From the NCBI GenBank assembly GCA_045614365.1, contig JAZLCV010000207.1:1-56089 (forward strand): 56,089 bases of DNA. Direction: 5' to 3'. Both the position numbers and the translations under genes were made by a program. Source of the stretch: Eubacteriales bacterium. Its GTDB lineage: Bacteria > Bacillota > Clostridia > Oscillospirales > JAAYXM01. Positions 27,797-37,500 of this stretch are shown here, in pieces. Under the pieces are notes generated by a model. The model worked only from the letters and a program-made list of their open reading frames with translations, ran no database searches and was not told where the DNA came from. The first letter of the stretch is position 1, and each line of letters starts with the position of its first letter.

Positions 27797-29677
27797 TCAG
27801 TTCAAAACATTTGCCGTAACGTTTTTAACCCATGAATTGTTCTTCGTGACAGGGTATTCCGGATTGGAAACAGGATTAAACGGAAGTCTTTCTCTTTCCA
27901 ACTCTTCAAGCGAATCTACCTTTCCTTCAATATACCCTTCAAGCCGCTTTAGGGATACTTCAAGTCTTCTCAACACTCCGCCAAGTTTCAAATCCAGACT
28001 GTCAAGACCTATGATACGGTTTTCACACTCCCACTGCTTTGTTACAGAATCGCAGAACACTCGCATGCGCCTGATAATCTCCGGCATTGTTTCCTTTGTT
28101 ATCACTTGAAGAGATGCTTTATCTCCACTGTTGTATGCATTATACAGTTCCATGCCTACTGTGCTCTTAAGTTCCAGAACTCTGCATAAATCACGCTGAA
28201 GTTCAAACAGATAGCTCCATCCCGAGTTTTTATCCGCATACGCAGCAAACTCTTTCGCCCATTTTGAGAAATGCTCTTTATACTCTGGCATAACGTGCTT
28301 ATCAAATAATCCCATAAGAACATCCTGGTACAAAAGATAAAGCTCAGGATTGTTTTCTCCATCTGTTGCCTCTGCATTTTTTTCAAGGAGCCCCGGCATA
28401 TCAAGGTTATAAAACTCATCATAATTTGCCGACATGCAAGTTTCAAAACGCGCCCTGATATCATCCGAATTGTTTTTATAACAAAGCTCTGCCCAAAGCT
28501 GCACTGCCGGCATCATGGAATAATTGGACGCAAGGTTTCCGTTATCTCCCCACGCAGTTACAATCACCTCTGTAACACCGTTTTTACGACAGCATTTATG
28601 CTGAACTCTGCAGGTTTTCTCCGAATATCGGTTATTAGGTGAGAATCCTCCCCATTTCCACGCTCCCGGAGCAAACACGATATTTTCTGTTATTTCTTTA
28701 TGCCTTGCAAACATCCCGTCAACAAGCTTTTCATCATAATTGTAATAATCCCAATATACAAGATCAACATCTTCCGGGAACTGTTTTACAAGCGCAAGGT
28801 TCATCGGCTTGTCTATATAATAATACTCGTTTATAGGCGAAACCGCTCTGAAGAACATATCACTCCACATCATCGGCTTGAAGCCGTATTTTCTTGCAAT
28901 CTCAAATACCTTTTTGCAATGCTCAAGCATAATCTCAAGACGCGGCTTGTAACCCTTTGTCGCAAGATATTTACCCAGTCCCAATGTAAAAGCTTCATCA
29001 AGTCCTATGTTTATTCTGCGACTTGTAAAAACTTCTGCCATTGTTTTAAACTCGCACTCAATAAATTCATATGTTTCTGGACTGTCTGCAAGCAAAATAT
29101 CATCAGTATCCTTTAAGTTACCGCTTGCTTGCCAACGCAGAAAAGTTGCAAGATGTCCCAAAGTCTGAATACACGGCGTAAGCTCTATTCCGAAAATTTT
29201 TGCATATTCATCCATCTTTCGGATTTCTTCTTTTGTAAGCCTTGGACGCATATATCCGAAATACGGATATTCCGACATCTCATATGTATCTTCGGTATAC
29301 AGCTGAATCATCGAATATCCCATAAGTGCAAGGCGACAGGTTATATCCTTGAATGTATCAAACGTAACAACTGCATTTCTTGAACAGTCAAGCATGAATC
29401 CCAAAACCTTGTAACACGGATTTTCTGTAATTTTAAATGCAGCTTCACTTATTTTCAGTTTTTCTGCTATCAATCCTACACAGCGTGAAAAATGATGTTT
29501 TTCCGGATAAAAAACCGTACCGTGCTTTCCATCCCATTCAATGACAGCCTCTCCAGTCCGACACTTGAACTCAAACTCATATCCGGCATCATCTTGCCGT
29601 AAATCTAATATTTTGCCGAGTTCTTTTACTGCCTGCAGTTGCAGCTCATCAAAACCTTTAAAATTAACTTTTAGCAT
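27797..29677 (-). CDS. Glycoside hydrolase family 20 (beta-N-acetylhexosaminidase-like), cytoplasmic (626 aa).
   Basis: GFMLDCSRN at the start of the TIM barrel, a D-E pair in INIGLDEA, and a WxDY-type motif (VYWDYY). No signal peptide. Confidence 0.75.
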   Translation of the reverse strand: MLKVNFKGFDELQLQAVKELGKILDLRQDDAGYEFEFKCRTGEAVIEWDGKHGTVFYPEKHHFSRCVGLIAEKLKISEAAFKITENPCYKVLGFMLDCSRNAVVTFDTFKDITCRLALMGYSMIQLYTEDTYEMSEYPYFGYMRPRLTKEEIRKMDEYAKIFGIELTPCIQTLGHLATFLRWQASGNLKDTDDILLADSPETYEFIECEFKTMAEVFTSRRINIGLDEAFTLGLGKYLATKGYKPRLEIMLEHCKKVFEIARKYGFKPMMWSDMFFRAVSPINEYYYIDKPMNLALVKQFPEDVDLVYWDYYNYDEKLVDGMFARHKEITENIVFAPGAWKWGGFSPNNRYSEKTCRVQHKCCRKNGVTEVIVTAWGDNGNLASNYSMMPAVQLWAELCYKNNSDDIRARFETCMSANYDEFYNLDMPGLLEKNAEATDGENNPELYLLYQDVLMGLFDKHVMPEYKEHFSKWAKEFAAYADKNSGWSYLFELQRDLCRVLELKSTVGMELYNAYNSGDKASLQVITKETMPEIIRRMRVFCDSVTKQWECENRIIGLDSLDLKLGGVLRRLEVSLKRLEGYIEGKVDSLEELERERLPFNPVSNPEYPVTKNNSWVKNVTANVLN

Positions 29678-29733
29678 ATACTTTCCCTCTTCTCTTGTTG
29701 AAAAAGGGCGGCAATGCCGCCCTTTTTTCTTTC

Positions 29734-31296
29734 TTATTTTATTTTGCTATATGCGTTGTCATAGATTGCAAGAATCTCGTCAATCGGCTGCTCGGCAAGC
29801 TCTGCCTGGAACTTATCCCATTCACTCATCGGACGCTGACCGATGATGAACTTTGTGATATTCTCCTGTACCATTGTAGCCACAGAGGTGTCGAGATCTG
29901 AAAGTTGCTGTGACTCTGCAGATGAAAGCTGCATATAGAGAGTAGGATCAAGCTCCGGATATGTATACTGAAGCATAAAATCTGTTGTAGCTGCCTGCTC
30001 TTCGGAGATTGATGCATCAATGGATTCCGGATCTACACGGAGATATGTTCCGATTGTCTGGAAGCCGTAAAGAAGCTTTGCGCTGTCGCCTTCGTTCGGA
30101 AGGATATACTGTTTCTTGCCGTCAACGATCTCGTATGTTTCTCCTTCCTTGCCCCAGCTGATAAGCTCGCAGCCCTCATCAGAATAGAACCAGTTTACAT
30201 AACGCATTGCGTTTGCAATAGATGCTGCGTCGCCTGTATTCGGAACACCAAATCCCATCGGATCGTTGTTATATTTGTTAACCATCGAAATGCCTGTTCC
30301 ATTTGTGGACTTCGGCGGCATCATTGCAGCGATTGTGTATTCGGGATTATTTACACGTGCGAGATTGTTGAAGAAGTCAATACGAGTCTGGTACTCCGGC
30401 ATGATAAAGCCACGGTCGGTAGCAACAAGCTCCTGCCATGAAGATGCATTGATTGTGATGAAGTCTGCCGGAACAAGCTTTTCACTTACCATCTTGTTAA
30501 GGAACGTTACGATTTCACGCATAACCTCGTTCTCGGTCACACCGTAGCTCCACTTCTCATTTTCAAAATCGTAGTATGCACCATAGTGAAAATTCGGCTT
30601 GAATGACGATCCCATAACATTTATGTTGGACATACCCTGTCGTAAACAGAACGGGAACGAGTCCGGATACAGCTCTTTAAGCTTCTTTGAAACCTCATAG
30701 AGCTCATCCATTGTTTCGGGAGTCTTAAGACCGTGCTTGTCAAAGATATCCTTACGGTAGAGCCAGCCGCGGAGGTTTGTTGCACGCTCCATACCGTAGA
30801 TGGGAGCGTAATAAACCTTGCCGTCTGCTGCACGGCGTGTCTCACGCATCCACTGCTGATCTTCCGGAAGAGAATCCCAGAACTTGTTGTAGTCCGGAAG
30901 GAATTCTTCGTAATCGTCAAGTGACATGAACGCCCCCTGTTCGCAGTAATCTGCAAAGGTTGGCCTCTTTCCCTGGAAGCCGAATACATCAGGAAGATTA
31001 TCCGTAGCTGCCATTACGAGCGTAAACTTTGTTCCGAAGTCTGAAGACGGAACAGCGTTTACGTTGATGGTTCCGCCGATAGCCTCTTCAATATACTCCC
31101 ACACCTTCCAGTTTTCGTCATACGGCCAGGAAGCATGGCTTGCGATGGTGACGTCAAGAACTGCGTCATCGGGGATTTGTTTGCCCTCGGGGATGTCATA
31201 CGAAACCTCGCTGCTGACACCGCCGTTTCCGCCGCCGCACGCGCAAAGCGCGAGAATCATAATTGCGGAGAGGATAAGTGCTGTGATTTTCTTCAT
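29734..31296 (-). CDS. Extracellular solute-binding lipoprotein of an ABC sugar transporter (520 aa). Paralog of 2752-4302.
   Basis: MKKITALILSAIMILALCACGG lipobox and an AAGGAGGA RBS. Long identical stretches are shared with the other SBP (SYDIPEGKQIPDDAVL, GTKFTLVMAA, RGWLYRKDIFDKH, ETMDELYEVSKKLKE). Confidence 0.85.
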   Translation of the reverse strand: MKKITALILSAIMILALCACGGGNGGVSSEVSYDIPEGKQIPDDAVLDVTIASHASWPYDENWKVWEYIEEAIGGTINVNAVPSSDFGTKFTLVMAATDNLPDVFGFQGKRPTFADYCEQGAFMSLDDYEEFLPDYNKFWDSLPEDQQWMRETRRAADGKVYYAPIYGMERATNLRGWLYRKDIFDKHGLKTPETMDELYEVSKKLKELYPDSFPFCLRQGMSNINVMGSSFKPNFHYGAYYDFENEKWSYGVTENEVMREIVTFLNKMVSEKLVPADFITINASSWQELVATDRGFIMPEYQTRIDFFNNLARVNNPEYTIAAMMPPKSTNGTGISMVNKYNNDPMGFGVPNTGDAASIANAMRYVNWFYSDEGCELISWGKEGETYEIVDGKKQYILPNEGDSAKLLYGFQTIGTYLRVDPESIDASISEEQAATTDFMLQYTYPELDPTLYMQLSSAESQQLSDLDTSVATMVQENITKFIIGQRPMSEWDKFQAELAEQPIDEILAIYDNAYSKIK

Positions 31297-31595
31297 TGCG
31301 ATTTTCCTCCTTGAAATTTGTTTTTTTATATTAACACTTACGCGTGTTAAGCGTTTTTTGCCCTGCGCAGGGCAGGTTCTCTACACGCCCTATTCCACGT
31401 ACCTCTTTTCGTCGTTGCGCGCGGAGGGGTTAAAAGGGGAGGTTTCCTTGCGCCACGGGAGTGGGCGCGCGAGTTCTCCCCTTTTTCGCGTTCTTTGCTT
31501 ACTTTCTTGGCGAAACAAGAAAGTAAGAACCACTTCGGGATTTTGCCGAACAGCAAAGAAGGTATCCCTTCGCCCGGAGGCGAAAAAGAAGTACT
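31297..31595 (-). other. GC-rich, multi-hairpin non-coding spacer between the giant gene and the SBP gene.
   Basis: At least six stable stem-loops are readable on the transcribed (minus) strand. See the finding at 31297-31595 for details. There is no convincing ORF. Confidence 0.4.
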
Positions 31596-34500
31596 TCACT
31601 TTACATAATCTAAAATGCGTTTGAGAAGAACTGCGACTTCTGCGCGTGTTGTATAGTCCGTCGGGGCGATGCGTCCGTTTTTACCATTTACGAGACCTGC
31701 ACCGACGAGAGCAGAGACGGCGGTCTTTGCATAATCCGCGACGTTAGCGAAGTCGGGATACAGCGAGGGAGAAATCCCTCCACCGTCATTCGACGGTCCC
31801 ATCTCGCCCGGCTCGGTCACGTCGCGGTTCTGATAGTCCACCGGACTATCATTCATTGCCGCGCCGACATTCCGCTCCGCTTCACTACCCTTTAGGGTAA
31901 GGTAGGCTTCGAGTGCCCGATATACTATTACCATCATATCCTGACGGGTGATTGTGTTGCGAGGTGCGAATTTGTTATCACCGATACCGTTGATGATTCC
32001 GGTGTTGCGTGCTATTGCAAGCTCTGTTGCGAAGTAATCATTTGCCGATACGTCTACAAAGTTCTCGGTATTTTCACTTTCAAGCTTGAATGCGCGGACA
32101 AGAAGAAGTGCAAAATCTGCACGGGTGATGTTTGATGCCGGGCTGAACGTGCTTGCAGTCGTGCCCTTTATTATTCCATCCGCTGCAAGCGCGTTTATTT
32201 CATCAGCCGCCCATGCGTGGTCATCAAGATCGGTAAAGCGGAGAGAGTTATTTTCCGTGCCCGTATTATCAGTATTTTCTCCGCTTTCACCGCTTGTATC
32301 TGTTTCACCGGGATTCGCTGTGCCATCCGGCTTATCGGTCGGTGCGGCACCGCCACCACCTCCACTGCCACCACTGGCGGGTGGTGTGCCGGTTGTTCCG
32401 GTGTTGTCCGCCCCGGAGGTTTCCGTTTTGTCAGACGTTGATCCGCCCGTTGTGTTACCGTAAACCGTCACGATAAAGTGGACTGTGTCGGAAAGGACTC
32501 CGTTATCAACCGTTACTGCAACGTGGTTTTCGCCCACCTGAGAAGCATCCGGCTTCCATGTGAGAACTCCGGTTTCGGCGTTAAGGCTCATTCCGCGCGG
32601 AAGGCTTGTTCCGATAAGCGTATACTCACGATCGCTTGTAACATTAAGCGGAATCTTTATCGAGCTTCCGGCGCTTGTTGTAAACGTTCCTGAAACATCA
32701 ATCTCCGGCGCATTATCGGTTACATACGTAAGCGGAATTCTGTAAGTATCGCCTTTTGCAATGTTCATCACATAATCATTACCATCAGCTGTCAGCGAGC
32801 GGAAGTATGAAACGTCACCCGTTCCGATACGGAGATGATCCCCCTCTTTTTCCGCACTCTTAATCATATATGCACCATTCTGACTGCCGTCGTTTTCGAT
32901 GACAATCATTCTGCCGACAAGCTCTTCCGGTGCTATCTCTTCGTTATATGTTACTTCCATAAAGTTCTCAAGAGAAAGCGTATCGGTAAAGCTTACTATC
33001 TCGCCCGTAACTGCGCTATCCTTGTTCTGTATTGCGGCGCCGAGCGTCTTACCGTCGTGGAGATATGTTCTTACAACATCTGTGTTATCCGTTGCATTTA
33101 CGCTGTAAACGCCGACAAAGCCTTCAAAATCAAACAGATTGTCAATTCTGTAAGCAGTTTCGTTGTTTGCCGCATATACAACGTAGTCCACACGTCCGTT
33201 TGTAAGCTCAACCTTTATTGAGGTAACAGTCTCGTTTCTTCCGAGTTCAGATCCGTCTGCATATGTTACCGGAACGCGCGTGAGGCTGCGTATCTTGCTC
33301 TCATCCTCATACGGCTCGATTACGGATGTGAAGAGCGTATCGAGGTCTTTTCCGCTTCTGCGGACGAGCAGATAATCTGTAAACTCGGGGTTCACATCAT
33401 GCTGAACTGGCTGACCGTCGGCAGTGGCCACTTCGGATATGTTAAAATCGTTAAGCTGGGTGAGCTTTAAGTGGAGATTTCGCTTCCCTTTAAGGACTTT
33501 ACGGTAGTCCGTAATCTTAAAATCGATTGAAAACTCACCGGTCTGCGGTGCAACCGCACGTTTAACATTCGCAAGCCAGTTAAAGCCGTTTGTTGCGGTA
33601 TACTTTGTTTCTTCGCCAAACGGAACGTCAACGCCTGCGTAGCTTCCCTGCGGCTGAGCTATCATATCAACCCCCGTAACAACGCTTTCCTCCGACTGAC
33701 TGTGGAAGCTGTAAACATGCTCATCACCGCCAACTATGCGGAAGAAATCAAGAGCATAAGAAACCGTATCGTCCACGTCGATTGAAACAACTGTTCTGCG
33801 ATAAGTCTCCGTAACGCCGGGGTATGCCTGAGGTGCATCAACATCCATTATCTTGATGCTTCCCGCATCTTCAAAGTGGTACGGGTATCCTGCCTGCTGT
33901 ATTCTCACCTGCGGAGTATCGTTTACAAGCACGGTGTTGTGTGAAATTGTGCTTTCCGTCCAGTTTGCTCCCTGCGTTGTTCCTGTTCCGCCGGAGGATG
34001 AGAAGTAACCAAGATCCGGCGCCATATTCAGCCCGAATGCATCAAGGCCGAGGTTAAGTGCATCCTGATGCTTGTGCGTTGTTGCCGCACCGCCGAAATA
34101 CATCCACCAGTCGCGCATTGTGTTCGTCTGCGTAGGAGTTGTTACCTTATCATACATTACACCATCACGGAGTGCTGCAAACCCGTAGCCAGTTGTTATG
34201 GAGCTTTCTGAGAAATTGTATTCATCGTACTGTTCTACAAGCTGTTTTATCTGCTCTTGCGGAGATTCCGGATCTTCCACGAATATACCATAGTGAATTC
34301 CGTCTGCACTCTGACCGTTTGTGTGCCAGAGAAGCTGTGCAAATACCGGGTCACCCGTAAGCCGCAATCCTTCAAGCCACGAAGTTGTATAGTTCGGGAA
34401 AGATACGCCCGCAAACGTAGACGAATTGTCGCCTATGTTTGCGCTGCGAACACCTGCAAGATATTGATCGATGCCCATATACAGCATCTTAATAAACTTC

Positions 34501-37500
34501 GGATTCTTGTAAAGATTATCTTCATCGCGGAGACCATCCCAGTTTTCAATTGCTTCCATATACACTGAGAATGTGGAAACCCACAATTTCATATATCCCA
34601 TTGAGGATTCGTCTGCATACCCGTCGCGGTCAATCTTATTAAACAGCGCCGGACGCATTCCGCCGCCGGTGCATTTCGTCTGCGAGGTAACTCCCGGCTG
34701 CATAATGAACTCTATCATTTCGCTTGTATCCGGCTCACGATCAAGGATAACAGCCGCCAGTGCAAGGCTCTGCTGCTTCATACCAAAATTACCTGCTATC
34801 TGTCCGTTCTTTATTGCGGTATAGGTTTCAAAAAGCAGGTTCTCCTCTGCATTCTGACGGATAAGCTCGCCGTTTGTCTTCTTATTGTCAAGGTTCCATT
34901 GTTCTGCTTTTCCGGAAAGATAGCCTACTACCTCCGGATCATCATAGACATCAAAGAAGGCATCGTATGAGATGGTAAGAGTACTGTTCATCGTATTTTC
35001 CCAGATGCGCCCGACAACCTTACCGTTACCTCCTCCGTCGTGGGAGGACTGGAGCTTCGGGCAATCCGTGCCATAATCCATATCCGGATAAAGGTCTGCA
35101 ACTCTGTCAAGAATTATCGCACCAGCAATTCCGTACTTCTTATCACCCGTATACAGATACGCATCACGGAAGGCATTAAGCGAGCTTCGGACAAGTGCTT
35201 TTATACTTCCGGAGCCGTACCACACACCGTCGTGGTTGAATATCGCAACATAACGGTGGACATTTCTTATTTCCGTGTCTTCACTGCTTGTGTTGTAGCG
35301 TCCGGTGTCATAACCGAAGCCGTCATCAACACCCCAGAAATATCCGGTGGTCGGAACTCCGCTGTCTCCTCCGGTTTTGAAATCGCCCCAGCCCTGAGTT
35401 ATCTTGTCCTTATAGAACGGGTCAACCGCATCCGCGGCGTGAAGCTCGCTGTATGTTTCATTATAAAGATTACCCTTCGGGTCGCCGTAGCCATATGGGT
35501 TATCCTTTGCCCAGTCAAATACTACATACTCGCCTTTTTCGTTTCTTTCACCGCGACCGCAGAGAATTCCGTTTGCTTCTCTTGCAAGGGTATAGTCAAA
35601 CTCGCCGTGCTCGTCAAGTCCCCGCTTGTAGTATTCACCGAAGTCGTTACTCGGGAAAAGGCGCTTACAATCCGGACACTGTATCTTCCACGGACGTGCT
35701 ATCGCATCTATCTTCCATCCGTATTTGCCGTATTTGTAGTTTATGTCAACCCCGCAATAGAAACAGCGCCAGATAAGCGGGTCGTCCGTTTCAACAAGAT
35801 CGTAAGCGCGCGGAAGCGTATGCGCAGTTATCATATTATATATGAAATCATAATGCGGCAGATACTTATCCGCTTCTTCAATTGCCGCCTCTGCGGTATC
35901 CTCTGCCCAGTCATAAAGCTTTATGTTTTCACGTGCGGCGTTGACTTTCTTCTCCGTATAATACGTCTGGTCAGTCTTTCCGTCACGCACGGAAATTATT
36001 ATACTTTCGCTTCGTGAAACCCCATCAATTGTTACCGTTGCCTCGATTTCTGCAACGCCGGTATCAACCGGAGTTACGAAGCCTTTTTCATCAACGGTAA
36101 CTACGCTTTCATCCGACGATACATAGCTTAAGGCACCGTCCGGAACGGTAAGCGCCGCTCCGTTGTTGTCGTATGCACAGACAGAAAGCTTTATTCCTTC
36201 ACTGCTCTTCTTCAGAACCTGCGTTGCAGAGGTAAGCTCAAGGCTTGCAAAGCCTTCGCTGAGAACATTGAGCGGGATATAGTCTGAATAGTAAGTAGCT
36301 CCTCCAAAGGTTACCCTTGCCCTTACCGTTGTAGAGGCAGCCTTCACACCTGTTATCTTTTCTTCTGTGCTTACCGCAATTTCCGTATCAGCAACCTCAA
36401 ACTCAACAGAAATATCCTCTGCCTTGATTTCGCTTCCGTTTGTAAGATATGCTTTTACGACAGGAGAAACAGATCCTGAAACAAAGATGTCATACTGTGG
36501 TTCTGTAAATTCTATTCTGTCAAGCGTTTGCTCATTTACGGTAATCTCAATGCTTTTGCTTACCGCCGCGGCACCTTTTACATTTGCCGTTGCCGTTATT
36601 GTTGCCGTTCCCGGTGCCACGGCAACAAGCTTTTCACCGGATATTTTTACGATGCTGTCATCCGAGCTTTCAAGAGTAAGGTTATTTTCCGCATCCTTCA
36701 CGGTTTCCTTATCTCCGTGCTTTGCGCCGAAGACATAGCTTCGTCCGCCTGCCATAACCACACCCGGGGTAAGAGAGGTGCTTTCACCTGCCGCAAGAGA
36801 AGCTTTTTCTGCAGAAAGCTCTATTTTTTCAACACCGCCTTCTCCTTCAACATACGAAAGCTGGAGATAAGCGGGAATCATATATGAATAGCTTCCGGTG
36901 CTGTCTGTTTCCATTGCACGCATAGTGAAGGTATGCACGCCCTCTGTGAGATATATAGTGTTGAGAGATTTAAGCGCATTGTAGTTTCTGTTTGTAGACA
37001 TATCCGTCCAGAAGCAGAAATCACCTAAGAATTTACCGTCCATATACAGGTTTGTACGATTTGCACCGCGGTAGTACTGGGTTCCGAGGAAATCGAGCTC
37101 ATACCAGCCGTCATAATCCACCTGAATATCTATCGCGAGGTCTGCATTTCTTGTATTCCCGATTGTTTCCGTTTTAATCTGTACTCCCTGAGCATAACAA
37201 CGAAGATCCGGATTATTCGGGGTAATACACATATTCGCAGTTTTGTCCGTATTTATTTCCCAGCCGTATTGCTCTATCGTTACATTCGATGCAAAGCCGG
37301 ATCCCGGCTTACGGAAATCAATAAGCTTGCTCTTGGGAGATTTCGGCGTTACTTTAACTGAAAAAGGCTCACTTTTCTTGCTGTATTCTCCACACGTCAC
37401 CGTTGCAACAACATTTACGGACTCACACGCTGAAATGCCGGTGATAACTCCGGTATCGGGATCAAGCACAAGATACTGCTCATCCTCCGGATTTGCAAGT

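Noticed and set aside
31347-31599. Two overlapping 69-aa minus-strand ORFs inside the GC-rich spacer. I also considered whether the spacer is a decayed copy of the Gfo/Idh/MocA gene found at the equivalent place in cassette 1.
   Set aside because: The translations are Arg/Lys-rich low-complexity sequence with no RBS and no resemblance to Gfo/Idh/MocA motifs (no Rossmann GxGxxG, no EKP). The hairpin-dense structure explains the sequence better.
35040-36017. A 325-aa plus-strand ORF, together with many other 60-230-aa plus-strand ORFs inside the giant, accessory, SBP and Gfo genes. Examples are 3742-4356, 14487-15176, 19835-20476, 40215-41247 and 13318-13836.
   Set aside because: All lie antisense to long, well-supported minus-strand genes. 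They have Cys/Phe/Ile/Arg-rich, motif-free translations and lack RBSs. They are frame shadows of the real genes.
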